NCBI RefSeq assembly: GCF_006345805.1
Contig: NC_043008.1
Coordinates: 46,252,001 to 46,316,000 of the forward strand
Direction: 5' to 3'
DNA: 64,000 nt
DNA from: Octopus sinensis
Lineage: Eukaryota
How positions within the stretch are numbered: the stretch's first letter is position 1; each line of letters starts with the position of its first letter. Position numbers and translations under genes: made by a program. The notes under the pieces were generated by a model that worked only from the letters and a program-made list of their open reading frames with translations, did not search any database and was not told the DNA's origin. This document shows, in pieces, positions 25,441-40,054 of this stretch.

Positions 25441-26169
25441 GGAGAGATGAGAGGGTAAGAAAGAGGGGAAAGATTATTTATCTATCTAACGTTCGTGAAA
25501 GTTCACGTCCATGCATATATACGCATACATATATACATACACGCACACACACATACATACACGTGCACACACATACACACACACATATACACAGACGGGG
25601 AGAGAAGGAAGGTGGAAAAAAAAAAAGAAAATGAGTGAAAATATATTAAAATATATATATATTAAAGTGTGAAGAAAGGGTTATTCAATTCTGACGCCAA
25701 TTTCTGCCTTCGAGAACAGATATTGAGATGTAAACAAACAGAAATGGCGATCGTAACTTTAACGGAGATGTGGACTTAAGTTAAGGGGGACAAAATAGGA
25801 TAATAAACAAAATATGAAATAGAAGATGAAAGTGATACTTAATCCAACGATGTGGTCTGGATATTTTGTGGGTTACGGGATTATTTTCCAGGAGATCTTT
25901 CTTTTTCCTTCTTCTAGGAGACAAGTTACTTCAGTGAGTTTTTCAACCATGTGCGTTTTCGGCGAAAAGAAAAAATTATTACTGTATTTGGCTTCAGGCA
26001 AAATATATTACGTTTTTGATTAATATATTTGTAGCCGAAGTGTTGTAGTGGGCTTTATGAGTTGAATTGGTGACTTTCAGTAGACTATTTCACCGATTTA
26101 TGCACACTTTCTGCCTTTTTAAACAGAAAAAAGGCGATACACGACTCTCCCTGTCGGAACCGGAAATAC

Positions 26170-26278
26170 ATATATATATATATATATAATATATTTATAT
26201 ATATATATATATATATATACATATATACATATATATATATATATTTTTTATATATATATTTATTTATTTATATATAAC

Positions 26279-26325
<47 letters not shown>

Positions 26326-26808
26326 TTATATATATATATATTTATTTATTTATATATATATTTATTTATTTAAATATATTTTTTTATTTATATAAATATA
26401 TTTATTTATTTATATGTATCTATTTACTTATATATAATATATATTTATTTATATATATATACTTATTTATATATATATAATATATTATTATTTATATATA
26501 TATATATATATTTATTTATATATATATATATTATTTATATATATATATTTATTTATATATATTTATTTTTTATATATATATATATTTATTTATATATACA
26601 TATATTTATTTATATATATATATTTATATATAATATTTATTTATTTATATTTATTTATTTATATATAATATATTATTTATATATATATATTATATATATA
26701 TATTATTTATTTATATATATATTTATATATATATATATATATATATTTATTTATTATATATCTATATATATATTTATATATATAATATTTATTTATATAT
26801 ATATAGAT

Positions 26809-26839
<31 letters not shown>

Positions 26840-27025
26840 TTATTATATATTATATTTATATATAATATATATTATTTATGTATATATATATTTTATAATA
26901 TATATATATTTATTTATATATATATATTTTTTATATATATATAATATATTTATTTATATATATATATATTTATTTATATATATATATTTATTTATATTTA
27001 TATTTATTTATTTATATATATATAT
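26170..27025. repeat. Large degenerate (TA)n array
   Basis: Read directly. Confidence 0.95.
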
Positions 27026-29617
27026 AAATCCTTAAAATCCTAAAAATGTTTTTAGCCCGAAGGCCGCGGCCATGCTGGGGCACCACCGCTGAATGAGCTA
27101 CACTAGTTTGTGAATCCACCTCTGATACGTGGCACTTGATCAACAAGGGAGTTCGATGCTGCTGCCCGCATCCGTGTCTCCTGTCGTGAGGTAGGTTCAT
27201 CTGGGACTCCCAACAAGAAGAGATCCAGTTTAGTTTTAAAGAAACCCACATCCACACCATATAAGTCTCTCAGGCATTTAGGGAGATGTTAAAGAGCTGT
27301 GGTCCTCTGAAAACCAGCTGTTGCAGTATCTGGACCTGTATTTGGATGGTGATGTTGGAATCCTTGGCACCACGCAGCAGCGCCCCGTTCTGCGGTTGGA
27401 GTAACTTTGAATGCCAAAGTTTGGGACAAGACCCTCCAGGATTTTCCAGATGTATATCACTGCATATCTCTCCCGCCTCCGCTCCAGGGAGAAGAGGTTT
27501 AATACCTTCAGTCTTTCCAGTAGCTGACATTTTGCATTGAGACGATTTCTTGTGTAGTTCTCTGAGTTGCTTCGAGTTCTGCTGTTTGTTTTATTATTGT
27601 GTGGTGACCAAAGTTGGGAGCAGTAGTGAGCAGTAGTCCAAGCGGCTGAGGACAAATGTTTTCCATAGGACATCAGTGTCTCCTTCTATCTTGTTCTGAA
27701 AGTTCGGAGAATCCATCCAGCTAGCCGTCTGCATTTTATCACCAGATTAGCAATATGCATTTGGAAGATGCATCATGCTCATGTCAATGCCCAGGTCACG
27801 CACTGATTTTGACTCAGGGATTGCAATTCTTCCTGGGCCAGTGTATCCAGTCTTCACGTCATTTACCTTTGTGTGCCAGTAGCGCAGGGCCTGGAACTTA
27901 CCTGCATTAAACTGCATGTTGTTGTCCTCAGCACCTGTTATATGTGTCCACCTCATGTTGCAGATGCCAATATTTTCAGGGTTTTGTATTGCGTGGGAGA
28001 CTTTTGTGTCATCTGCATAGCTAGCAAGGGTCGTCATCGTAGCAACTGAAGGCATGTCTGAAAGGGCCACTATGAACATCAGTGGCCCCAAGACAGTGCC
28101 CTGTGGGACACCGCTTGTTATTTGCGTTTCCCTGGAGGTGGCTCCATTGCTCACAACTGCCTGTTTTCTGTCTTTTAGGAAGTTGTGCAGCCACTCTCCA
28201 AGTTTCCCGCCTATGCCGAGACCACGCAGTTGTGACAGATCATACCATGGTCGACTTTATCAAAGGCTTTTGCAAAGTCAAGATATATTACATCCATATT
28301 TGAGCCATTTAGTAGCTGTTTCAACACCCAGTCATAGTTTTGCAGGAGCTGTGTTAGGCAGCCTCTACCTGGTCGAAATCCATGCTGGGTGTGTCAGACA
28401 GTAAGTCATTTTCTTCAAGGAACATGATTAGTTTCTTACGGACTATTCGTTCCATGACTTTGCTGATGTTGAGGTCAGAGAGATAGGCCTATAATTTTAG
28501 CATCTGCTCTGCTACCTCCCTTATGGATAGGGCATATTACCCCCTCTTTCAGTTTGACTGGGAGACCACTTGCAAGAAAGCTCTGAAAAGAAGCTGTAGC
28601 GGTTTTGCAAGGGCTCGTTTGCACGATTGAGAAGGATCACTGGGAATCCATCAGGTCCAGCAGCTGAGTTTGTGTCAATCTCATCAATGGCTAGTGTGAT
28701 ATCATCTTCTTCGATGTTGATGTACTCAATTTTTGTCTCTATGGCCGTGGTAAAGTGGCAAAGAATTCTTCTGGGTGTTTACTTGCCTGTGTCCTAGAGG
28801 TGTAGTGAACACACTTTGGAACTGTTCGTTCAGTATTTCACTTATTCTCGTGGGATTTCCTGTGAGAGAGCCATCTTTTTGGAAGAGAGGTCCTATTCTC
28901 TGGTGCACTGTGGCTGTCTCTTTGGCAAACTTAAAGAAAGCTTTAGGGTTTGATTTTATATTTTCTATTACCCAAGCTTCTTTATGTGCTCTCTCCTTTT
29001 CATGGGACTGATGTAGACTTTTCTCAGTTTCCATTAGCATTCTTTCGAGCCGACACTTCTCACCACTTTTTGTGTGCTTGCTCAGGCGGTTTGCAATCCT
29101 TGTCCGTCGTCTCATAAGAATCCTCCTTTCTGTAGGGATCCTGTTTTTGTTCTTATGTGTGCTGGCCCTGCACATTGGGACATATTTGTCACATATGGCT
29201 TGTATTATGGACATGAAGTGTTTTGGTTCATGTTTATGTCCGGTGTGGAGAGACATTCAGGCCAATCCTGTTTGAGGATCTCTTCTCAATCGACTTCCAG
29301 TTGGCTTTATGAAAGTTTAAGTTGGAGAGATGGTGGGTGCTTCGTATAGGCTGTGTGTCTGCGGGGGCTTTTGTTCCATACATAGACAGCTCTATTATTT
29401 TGTGATCCGAGATCATTGTCGGCATCACATTAACATTATGGATAATATCCATATTGTTTGTGAAGCAGAGATCCAGTATATTATCTGCCCTTGTTGGTTG
29501 CAGAACTATTTGCTCCATGAAAGAGGTATTTGTGAGATGGAGCAGGGACTCACCTGTGCTGCTGATGTGGTGTGTCATCCCTGGGAGCATCTGCCCCCGA
29601 GCCATTCCACATTGGGA
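27026..29617 (-). mobile_element. Family A LINE copy A2 (5'-truncated in the endonuclease, frameshifted)
   Basis: Near-identical to A1/A3. Fragment ORFs at 27747, 28726 and 29234; tail tccttaaa at ~27029. Confidence 0.95.
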
Positions 29618-29799
29618 ATATATATTTATTTATATATATATTTATATATATATATATATATATAATTATTTATTTATATATATATTTTTATATATTATAA
29701 TATATATATATATTTATTTATTAATATTTATTTATTTATATATATATTTAGTTATATATATATATTTATTTATTCATATATATATATTTATTTATTTAT

Positions 29800-29831
<32 letters not shown>

Positions 29832-30198
29832 TTTATTTATTTATATATATTTATGTATTTATATTATATATATATTTATTTATATATATATTTATTTATA
29901 TATATATATATTTTATATATTATATATATATATTTATATTTATATATATATTTAGTTATATATATATATATTTATTTATATATATATATATATTTATATA
30001 TTTTTATATATATATTTATATATATATATATTTATTTATTATATATATTTATATATATATATATATTTATTTATATATATATATTTATATATATATATAT
30101 ATTTATTTATATATATATATTTATTTATATTTATATTTCCTTTTTTATTTATATATATTTATTTATATATATATTATATATATATATATATGTATATA

Positions 30199-30229
<31 letters not shown>

Positions 30230-30640
30230 TATTTATATATATATATATATAGTATTTATTATATATATATATTTATTTATATATATATATTTATTATAAT
30301 ATATTTATATATTTATATATATATATATTTAATTTATTATATATATTTATTTATATATATATATATTTATTTATATATATATATATTAATATATTTATAT
30401 ATATATATATTTATATATATATATATATATTTATTTATATATAATATTTATATATATATATATATTTATTATATATATATATTTATTTATATTTATATTT
30501 CCTTTTTTTATTATATATATTTATGTATAATATATTTATATATATATATATATATTTATGTATTTTATATATATATATATATTTATTTATATATATATAT
30601 TTATTTATATATATTATATATTTATATACATATATATATA
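29618..30640. repeat. Large degenerate (TA)n array
   Basis: Read directly. Confidence 0.95.
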
Positions 30641-30781
30641 TTACGGAGATGTACTCGCATAGCAAGTAATTTGATCTGAGATCGTGTGCTGAAACGAAAA
30701 CAATTGCAGCGTGGAAGGTGTTTATAAGCCATTTCAGAAACACACAAAATTCGTTCGATTCACTCCAACATTTAACTTTAA

Positions 30782-30829
30782 TTGTCAAAATATTTTCGTC
30801 GCTAAAATCCGCGACCTGTTCACTGACAA
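30782..30829 (-). other. Hammerhead-like three-stem fold with non-canonical core
   Basis: ttgtca-GTGAACA-g-gtcgc-ggatttta-gcgac-GAAA-atat-TT-tgacaa. Stems I and II are perfect; the core deviates at two positions. Confidence 0.45.
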
Positions 30830-30872
30830 AGTCCGTGCTGCATATATATATATATTTATTTATATATACATA

Positions 30873-30907
<35 letters not shown>

Positions 30908-30921
30908 TTATATATATATAT

Positions 30922-33608
30922 GATTTTGATTTTGATTTTGATTTTTGATTTTTCCAGTTTCCGCTAATGAGCTGTGGCCATGCTGGGGCACCGCCATTTG
31001 GTTTGCTACACGGTTTTACCTCACGGATGCTTTTTAGCAAACGCCATCTGATGCATGAGAGAGTTCGATGCAGCTGCCCTCATCTGCACCTCCTGCCGTG
31101 AATTTGGTTCATCCGGGACACCTGACAGGAAGAGATCCAGTCCTACTTTAAAGACATCCGCATCTACACCATGCAGGTCCCTCAGATTCTTCGGGAGGAT
31201 ATTGGAGAGCCGTGGGACTCTGAAGCCCAGGCTATCACAATATCTTGTCCTACATATTGATGGCAAATTTGGAGTCCTTGGTACTACGCAGTGGCGTCCG
31301 GTTCTGGCATTTGTGTAACTCTCGATGCCAAAGTCTGGGACAAGACCCTCCAGGATCTTCCAGATATATATTATGGCATATCTTTCTCGCCTACGCTCCA
31401 GGGAATAGAGCTTTAATCTCTTGAGTCTCTCCCAGTAGCTCATATGCTGCACAGAGGCTATCTTCTTCGTGTAGCTTCGTTGGATCGCCTCAAGTTCTGT
31501 GATCAACTTGACACTGGATGGTGACCATAGCTGAGAGCAATAGTCAAAGTGGCTTAGGACAAGTGTCTTCCAGAGGACCATCATGGTTTCTTGTTCTCTT
31601 GTTCTAAAGATTCTAAGAATCCATCCAGCCAGCCGTCTACATTTCATTGTCAGTTTAGCAACATGTACATGAAAGGTCGCGTCATCACTCATGTGAATAC
31701 CCAGGTCACGCACTGATTGTGCCTCTGGGATTGCAATCCCTCCGGGTCCAGTGTATTCATTGGGTATTGCATTCAGTTTTGCATGCTGATAGTATAAAAC
31801 TTGAAACCTTTCAGCATTGAACTGCATGCTATTCTTTTCAGCCCACTTGTATATTTCGTCCAGCTCACATTGCAGGTGCTTAGTGTCTTTAGGGTTCTGT
31901 ATTGCCTGTGAAACTTTTGTATCATCTGCATAACTTGTGATCGTGGCTCTCTGCGTGTCTCAGTGCATGTCTTAGAGGGCCATTGTGAACAGTAGTGGTC
32001 CCAACACAGTGCCCTGCGGAACACCGCTCACTATTTGCGTGCTAATGGAAGTGGCCCCATTGGCTGCTACCACCTGACTTCTATTCTTCAGAAAGTCATG
32101 AAGCCATTCTCCCAGTTTTCCAACTATGCCAAGATCACGCAGTTTGTGACATATCATTCCATGATCGACTTTATCGAAGGCCTTTGCGAAGTCGAGATAC
32201 ATGACTTCCACATTTGAGTGGTTGAGCAGTTGTTTCAGCACTCAGTCATAGTGCTGCAGGAGCTGAGTTAAGCAGCTTCTTCCTGGTCGGAAACCATGTT
32301 GGGTGTCAGGCAGCAAGTCATTTCCTTCAAGGAAGGTGATTAGCTTCCTTCTGACTATTCGTTCCATGACTTTGCTGATGTGTGAGGTCAGAGAGATAGG
32401 TCTGTAGTTTTTGGCCTCCGCTCTGCTACCTCCTTTATGAATGGGGCATATTTTACCTTCCTTCAGTTTTCTTGGAAGTTTGCCAGCTGCAAGGAAGCTC
32501 TGAAAGAGGAACTGCAGTGGTCTTGCTAGGACTCTCTTACATACTTTTAGGAGGATTGCCGGGAATCCGTCGGGGCCAATAGCTGAGTCTGTTTTCATTT
32601 CATCTATAGCCTTTATTACATCGTCTTCCTTTATATCGATGTAATTTATCGTCGCCGCCTCTGATTCTATATCTGCAGTGGTAAAGAAGTCAGTTGGATT
32701 GCTGATTTGGAAATGCCCAAGGTGTGGAGTGAAAACACTCTTGAATTGTTCATTCAGTATTTCACTTACCGTCATTGGTTTTCCTGTGAGTGTGCCATCC
32801 TTTTCAAGGAGTGGCCCTATCCTAAAGTGCACCGTAGCTGTTTCTTTGGCATACCTGTAGAAAGTTCTGGGGTTAGTTTTATGTTGTCTATATAGCCCAG
32901 GCTTCTTTGTCTGCCTCTTTCCTTCTCATGGGAGAGTTGCAGACAATTTTCAATTTCAACAGTTTTATTTTCAGGCGGGACTTTTCACTGCTTTCAATTT
33001 GTTTGTTTAGTCGATTTGAAATTTTTGGACGCCGTCTCATTAAAATTTTCCTCTCTCTGGGGATTTTGTTCTTGTGTACAGTGGCCTTTCTCTCTGGGAC
33101 ACATTTGTAGCATATGGCTTGCGTTACAGACATTAATTGTTGAAGTATCATGTCGATGTCCGGCGAGGAGAGACATTCAGGCCAGTTTTGTTTGAGGATC
33201 TCTTTCTCAATTTGTTTCCAGTTTGCCTTATGGTAGTTCAAGCTGGAAAGATTCTGAGGGTTTCTTGTAGGCTGCATGTCCGTGCTCTCTTTTGGCCCGT
33301 ACATGGTCAGCTCTACCATGTTGTGATCCGAGTGTAGTGTCGGTGTCACTTTCACATTATGGATGAGATCCATATTATTTGTGAAGGCAGAGATCCAGTG
33401 TGTTTACCTGTCCTGGTTGGTTGGAGTATTACTTGCTCCATGTACAGGTGTTGATGAGGTTCAGGAGGGACCTCGCCTGTCCTAGTTCACATCTTATCAT
33501 TCCTGGGAGAGAAAGGCCTCGGCCATCTGACATTGGGTAGATTGAAGTCTCCCCATGAGAAGTACACTTATGTGTTGTTCTAATGTGATTAGAACTTTCT
33601 ATTTTTAA
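30922..33608 (-). mobile_element. Family B LINE copy B2 (5'-truncated, several lesions)
   Basis: ORFs 31021, 31972, 32242 and 32888 closely match B1; (AAAATC)n tail at 30922. Confidence 0.95.
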
Positions 33609-33624
33609 AATATATTTTTTTATT

Positions 33625-33655
<31 letters not shown>

Positions 33656-34749
33656 ATTTATTTATATATATATTTATATATATATATATTTATTTATATA
33701 TATTTATTTATTTATATATATATTTATTTATTTATATATATATATATTTATTTATTTTTTTTTTATATATATATTTATTTATTTATATAAATATTTTTTT
33801 ATTTATATATATATATATATATTTATTTATATATATATACATATATATATATTTATTATATATATATATATATATTATTTATAATATAGATATTTATATA
33901 TATATATTATATATTTATATATATATAAAACATATATATATATATTTATTATATATATATATATATATATATATAATTATATATATATGAATTGAGAGGT
34001 GGACAGTAAGACAAAGGTGGAGGTCTATGTATATTATACATTCGATTAGTCACAGTTCTAGGTCCCGAACTGCTAATGAACTGTAGGAAACAACTATGCA
34101 CTCCAGCTCTCTTTCACACCGCCTGCAATTGTATGTCGTTATGTCTTACTACCATTGTTGTTAGTCACGGTGGGAGGAGGGGTTCAAAATAAATTGTTCG
34201 AAGGTTGCCGTATCACTGTTTTGTAATTAATAGGAGTATCGATTACTTTAGGATAATATACGCACACAGGAAGTTGCTCTTGTTGTCAAAGCGCTTGTTT
34301 GTATAACATACAGAGTATTGTACAATTGTCTGGCTTGCTACAGCTCTTACTGGTTATGTTCTGTGATAGAGTGTAATGTCATAGATTTCGTCCTTCTGCA
34401 CATAATTCTGTCAGGGTTACACACGATGCATTATTATCAATTGTGATTTTTTGTTTCGTTATATCTTAGATTGTGGTTGACGTTTAAATTAAAGTGTTCA
34501 GGAAGCCTTTGTTTTTCAAAAATTGCGTTTGGAAGAAATGGAACCAAAAGCAGAGATATTTGCTTCCATTTAGAATGAAGCAGTGTTTTCTTAATATTTC
34601 GATTTATTTCACTTTGTATGTGTTATGCTGTCTTTTGCATTATACTCAATTTATGTTAATCAAGTTACAAAAGATATGGATATGCAAATCAAGCCACATA
34701 TACATCGACAATATTTCAAATGTTGCCACATCTATGCCAGTACACTCGA

Positions 34750-35136
34750 CTGAACGCCGAAACTTTGACAGAACGAGAACAGTGAAGAAGTTTCAATGAA
34801 AATAGTAATGCAATACGGTAGTATTGCTTTCCAGTAAAGGATAGCCCGTGAGGGTAAGATTATACATAAAAGTAAATAAATGACACAACGAAGTACCGAT
34901 ATTTACTGGAAAATAGCGAACGTAATAAATAAGACGCTAATGTATAGCTTCACTGCGTATGTACTAGTAAAGATGCGTGTGTGCATCTGAACGCCAAAAC
35001 GTTGACAGAACGAGAACAGTGAAGAAGTTTACTTTTATGTATAATTTTACCCTCACGGGCTATCCTTTACTGGAAAGCAATACTTTCGTATTGCATTACA
35101 ATTTTCATTGAAACTTCTTCACTGTTCTCGTTCTGT
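34750..35136. mobile_element. Small direct-plus-inverted repeat element (Penelope-like geometry)
   Basis: Inverted arms 34768-34876 / 35028-35136 and a 44-bp direct repeat at ~34750 and ~34986. Confidence 0.6.
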
Positions 35137-35820
35137 TGAGGAAAAGAAATTATGTTGCAGTGCACATGTATGCTGTGATCTGGAATTGGGCAGGGGATGT
35201 ATGGCCCGTGGTCCCAATCTTGGATGAACCTTGAAGCTAATGTTCAGGTCGTTTGGGCAAAGTTGGTGGTATATTCTCCACATCGTACAAATGATGTACC
35301 GCTCACGGCGACGCTGGAGGGTGTAGAGTTTCAAGGCTTTAAGGCGATCCCAATAATCGAGAGCAGCTATGCCTTCAATTCGTTTAGTGAGTGCTCTCTG
35401 GGCTGATTCAATCCTCGAGTTTTTTTGTCTTGTATGGGGAGACCACAGTGGGCAGCAGTATTCGAAGTGTGGCCGTACAAAAGAGGAGAAAAGTGGTATG
35501 ATGACACCTTGTTCTCTGGACCGGAAAGTTCTTAAGATCCAGGAACTCATCCTACGAGCTATATCGACCTTCTTGTTGATGTGTGCACTCCAACTGAGAT
35601 CGTCATCAACAATTACACCCAGGTATCTGATATTGTTAGAGGCTGTGAGCGGTTCCCCTGAAGGAAGAGAGAATGGCTGTTTTAGTGAGGAATTTCTTCC
35701 AAAATATATCAGCTCAAATTTTCCCTCGTTCAGTTGCAATTTGTTTCTGTCTGCCCATTGACTCACAGCATATAGATCAGACTGGAGTTGAGTTCGGTCT
35801 GCTTCTTCATTCACGATGTG
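35137..35820 (-). mobile_element. CR1/L2-group LINE RT C-terminal fragment (family C-related, C2)
   Basis: ORF 35119..35814: LQSDLYAVSQWA..VRPHFEYCCPLWSP..LQRRRERYIIC. Confidence 0.9.
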
Positions 35821-35855
35821 CTGGAGCTTATATATATGTATATATATATATATAC

Positions 35856-35902
<47 letters not shown>

Positions 35903-35924
35903 ATCTATATATATTATATAGATG

Positions 35925-35955
<31 letters not shown>

Positions 35956-35957
35956 TA

Positions 35958-35992
<35 letters not shown>

Positions 35993-36130
35993 ATATATAT
36001 ATATATATCTATATATGTATATATATATATGTATATATATATATATGTATAATATATATAATATGTATATATATATAATAGTATATATATATGTATGCAT
36101 ATTATATATATATGTATGTATATATATATG

Positions 36131-36191
<61 letters not shown>

Positions 36192-36196
36192 GTATG

Positions 36197-36227
<31 letters not shown>

Positions 36228-36322
36228 GTATATATATATACATATATGTCTATATATATATATGTATATATTATATATATGTATGTTGTATATATATATG
36301 TATATATATTTATATATATTAT

Positions 36323-39300
36323 GTAAAGGAAGCCATGTCCAGAGAAAGCAGAGGGACCCCAGCAAAAACTGTAAGGGCAGGGAAAAACACCCTGAAATTC
36401 TACCTGAGGGGGGACTGCTGGTACGGCGTTGAAGGTGCAAACTGTCGCTTTGCACATCGGAGGCCTACCAAAAAACCGCACGGACGCGAGACAGAGGTCC
36501 CTCCCTCAGGAGACAAAAACAACAAGTTAAAAGAAGGGAAAAAAGCGCACTGACCACTACTGAAAGACGGTATGCAGATGTGGTGCGCGGAAACCCAACA
36601 GGTGGCCAGCTTCACCCAGATGTGAGAAGGGCGGCAGCTGAACAGCAGTCTTTTTTGTGCATGGCACAAAAAATTGTTCAGCAGCTGACCTGGCTACAAG
36701 CACAAAGCTGGACTACCACCACATAAGGCCACCTCCAACAGATGCAGGATGGCCACCACAGACACCAACACCAACACACACACCACAAAAATATTTCTAC
36801 TGAATGTAGGAGGGCTGCTGCGCGGAAACTGTAAAAAGAAAATTTCATTCCTGAGAGACCTTGTGACATGCAATCAAGCTATATGCATGGCACTCACAGA
36901 AACGCATCTTGAACCCGATATAGGTGATGCAGAAATACACATGCCGCAATATGCAGTCATACGCACAGATAGAAAAGGGAGGAGCCATGGTGGAGTTGCA
37001 ATATACATCCGAGATGACCTCACGCCCCAGGTCCTGCTGTCATATTCAAACTCAGTATGTGAAACTCAAATTGTACACATAAGACAACTGAATATCGTCA
37101 TATGCACTACATATCGCCCACCAGACGACGCCCCAAACACTCAGGCATGTTTGAAGACTGCCTACAAAAATAGGAGAAGTCCTCACCACCCTTGAACAGC
37201 ACAACAGTGTATTCTTCATGGGAGACTTTAACCTCCCCAATGTGGAATGGCCTGGGGGCAGATGCTCCCAGGGATGACACAACCCCATCAGCAGGCACAG
37301 GTGGAGTCCCTGCTCCATCTCACAAATACCTCTTCATGGAGCAAATAGTTCTGCAACCAACAAGGGCAAATAATATACTGGATCTCTGCTTTACAAACAA
37401 TATGGATATTATCCATAATGTTAATGTGATGCCGACAATGATCTCGGATCACAACATAATAGAGCTGTCTATGTATGGAACAAAAGCCCCCGCAGACACA
37501 CAGCCTATACGAAGCACCCACCATCTCTCCAACTTAAACTTTCATAAAGCCAACTGGAAGTCGATTGAGAAAGAGATCCTCAAACAGGATTGGCCTGAAT
37601 GTCTCTCCACACCGGACATAAACATGAAACACAACTTCATGTCCATAATACAAGCCATATGTGACAAATATGTCCCAATGTGCAGGGCCAGCACACACAA
37701 GAATAAAAACAGGATCCCTAGAGAAAGGAGGATTCTTATGAGACGACGGACAAGGATTGCTGCAAACCGCCTGAGCAAGCACACCAAAAGTGGTGAGAAG
37801 TCTCGGCTCGAAAGAATGCTAATGGAACTGAGAAAAGTCTACATCAGTCCCCATGAAAAGGAGAGAGCAGATAAAGAAGCTTGGGTAATAGAAAATATAA
37901 AATCAAACCCTAAAGCTTTCTTTAAGTTTGCCAAAGAGACAGCCACAGTGCACCAGAGAATAGGACCTCTCTTCCAAAAAGATGGCTCTCTCACAGGAAA
38001 TCCCACGAGGATAAGTGAAATACTGAACGAACAGTTCCAAAGTGTGTTCACTACACCTCTAGGACACAGGCAAGTAAACAACCCAGAAGAATTCTTTGCC
38101 ACTTTACCAGCGGCCAAAGAGACAAAAATTGAGTACATCAACATCGAAGAAGATGATATCACACTAGCCATTGATGAGATTGACACAAACTCAGCTGCTG
38201 GACCTGATGGATTCCCAGCGATCCTTCTCAAATCGTGCAAAACCGCTACAGCTTCTTTTTCAGAGCTTTCTTGCAAGTGGTAAGCTCCCAGTCAAACTGA
38301 AAGAGGGGGTAATATGCCCTATCCATAAGGGAGGTAGCAGAGCAGATGCTAAAAATTATAGGCCTATCTCTCTGACCTCACACATCAGCAAAGTCATGGA
38401 ACGAATAGTCCGTAAGAAACTAATCATGTTCCTTGAAGAAAATGACTTACTGTCTGACACCCAGCATGGATTTCGACCAGGTAGAGGCTGCCTAACACAG
38501 CTCCTGCAACACTATGACTGGGTGTTGAAACAGCTACTAAATGGCTCAAATGTGGATGTAATATATCTTGACTTTGCAAAAGCCTTTGATAAAGTCGACC
38601 ATGGTATGATCTGTCACAAACATGCGTGGTCTCGGCATAGGCGGGAAACTTGGAGAGTGGCTGCACAAACTTCCTAAAAGACAGAAAACAGGCAGTTGTG
38701 AGCAATGGAGCCACCTCCAGGGAAACGCAAATAACAAGCGGTGTCCCACAGGGCACTGTCTTGGGGCCACTGATGTTCATAGTGGCCCTTTCAGACATGC
38801 CTTCAGTTGCTACGATGACCACCCTTGCTAGCTATGCGATGACACAAAAGTCTCCCACGCAATACAGAACCTGAAATATTGCGCATCTGCAACATGAGGT
38901 GGACACAATATACAGGTGGGCTGAGGACAACAACATGCAGTTTATGCAGGTAAGTTCCAGGCCCTGCGCTACTGGCACACAAAGGTAAATGACGTGAAGA
39001 CTGGATACACTGGCCCAGGAAGAATTGCAATCCCTGAGTCAAAATCAGTGCGTGACCTGGGCATTGACATGAGCAATGATGCATCTTTCCAAATGCATAT
39101 TGCTAATCTGGTGATAAAATGCAGACGGCTAGCTGGATGGATTCTCCGAACTTTCAGAACAAGATAGAAGGAGACACTGATGGTCCTATGGAAACATTTG
39201 TCCTCAGCCGCTTGGACTACTGCTCCCAACTTTGGTCACCACACAATATAAACAAACAGCAGAACTCGAAGCAACTCAGAGAAGCTACACAAAGAAAATC

Positions 39301-39818
39301 GTCTCAATGCAAAATGTCAGCTACTGGGAAAGACTGAAGGTATTAAACTCTTCTCCCTGGAGCGGAGGCGGGAGAGATATGCAGTAATATACATCTGGAA
39401 AATCCTGGAGGGTCTTATCCCAAACTTTGGCATTCAAAGTTACTCCAACCGCAGAACGGGGCGCCGCTGCGTGGTGCCAAGATTCCAACATCACCATCAA
39501 AATACAGGTCCAGATACTGCAACAGCTTGGGTTTCAGAGGACCACAGCTTTTCAACATCCTCCCTAAATGCCTGAGAGACTTACATGGTGTGGATGTGGG
39601 TTTCTTTAAAACTAAACTGGATCTCTTCTTGTTGGGAGTCCCAGATGAACCTACCTCACGACAGGAGACACGGATGCGGGCAGCAGCATCGAACTCCCTT
39701 GTTGATCAAGTGCCACGTATCAGAGGTGGATTCACAAACTAGTGTGGCTCATTCAGCGGTGGTGCCCCAGCATGGCCGCGGCCTTCGGGCTAAAACATTT
39801 TTAAGGATTTAAGGATTT
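36323..39818 (+). mobile_element. Family A LINE copy A3 (ORF1 C-terminus plus whole ORF2, multiple frameshifts)
   Basis: [21 protein letters not shown], endonuclease LTETHL/YRPP and RT motifs; (TTTAAGGA)n tail. Confidence 0.95.
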
Positions 39819-40054
39819 ATATATGTATATATATTTATATATATGTATGTATATATATATATGTATATATATTTATATATATGTATGTATATATATATGT
39901 ATGTATATATATATGTATATGTATGTATATATATATGTATATATATGTATGTATATATATATATGTATATATATGTATGTATATATATATGCATATATAT
40001 ATGTATATTATATATATATATGTATGTATATATGTATGTGTATATATATATATA

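Larger units (their letters stand above)
20756..25510 (-). mobile_element. CR1/L2-group LINE, family B, copy B1 (near full-length)
   Basis: 5' tandem-repeat region, ORF1, APE-endonuclease/RT ORF2, 3' UTR and (AATC)n tail at 20756. The 5' end is approximate. Confidence 0.93.

Noticed and set aside
34070-34105. CTAATGA...GAAAC
   Set aside because: Core mismatch and no NUH/stem I.
27026-39818. Numerous 1-nt frameshifts in A2, B2 and A3 as a measure of element age
   Set aside because: Many are single-base losses that could be long-read consensus errors; cannot be resolved without reads.
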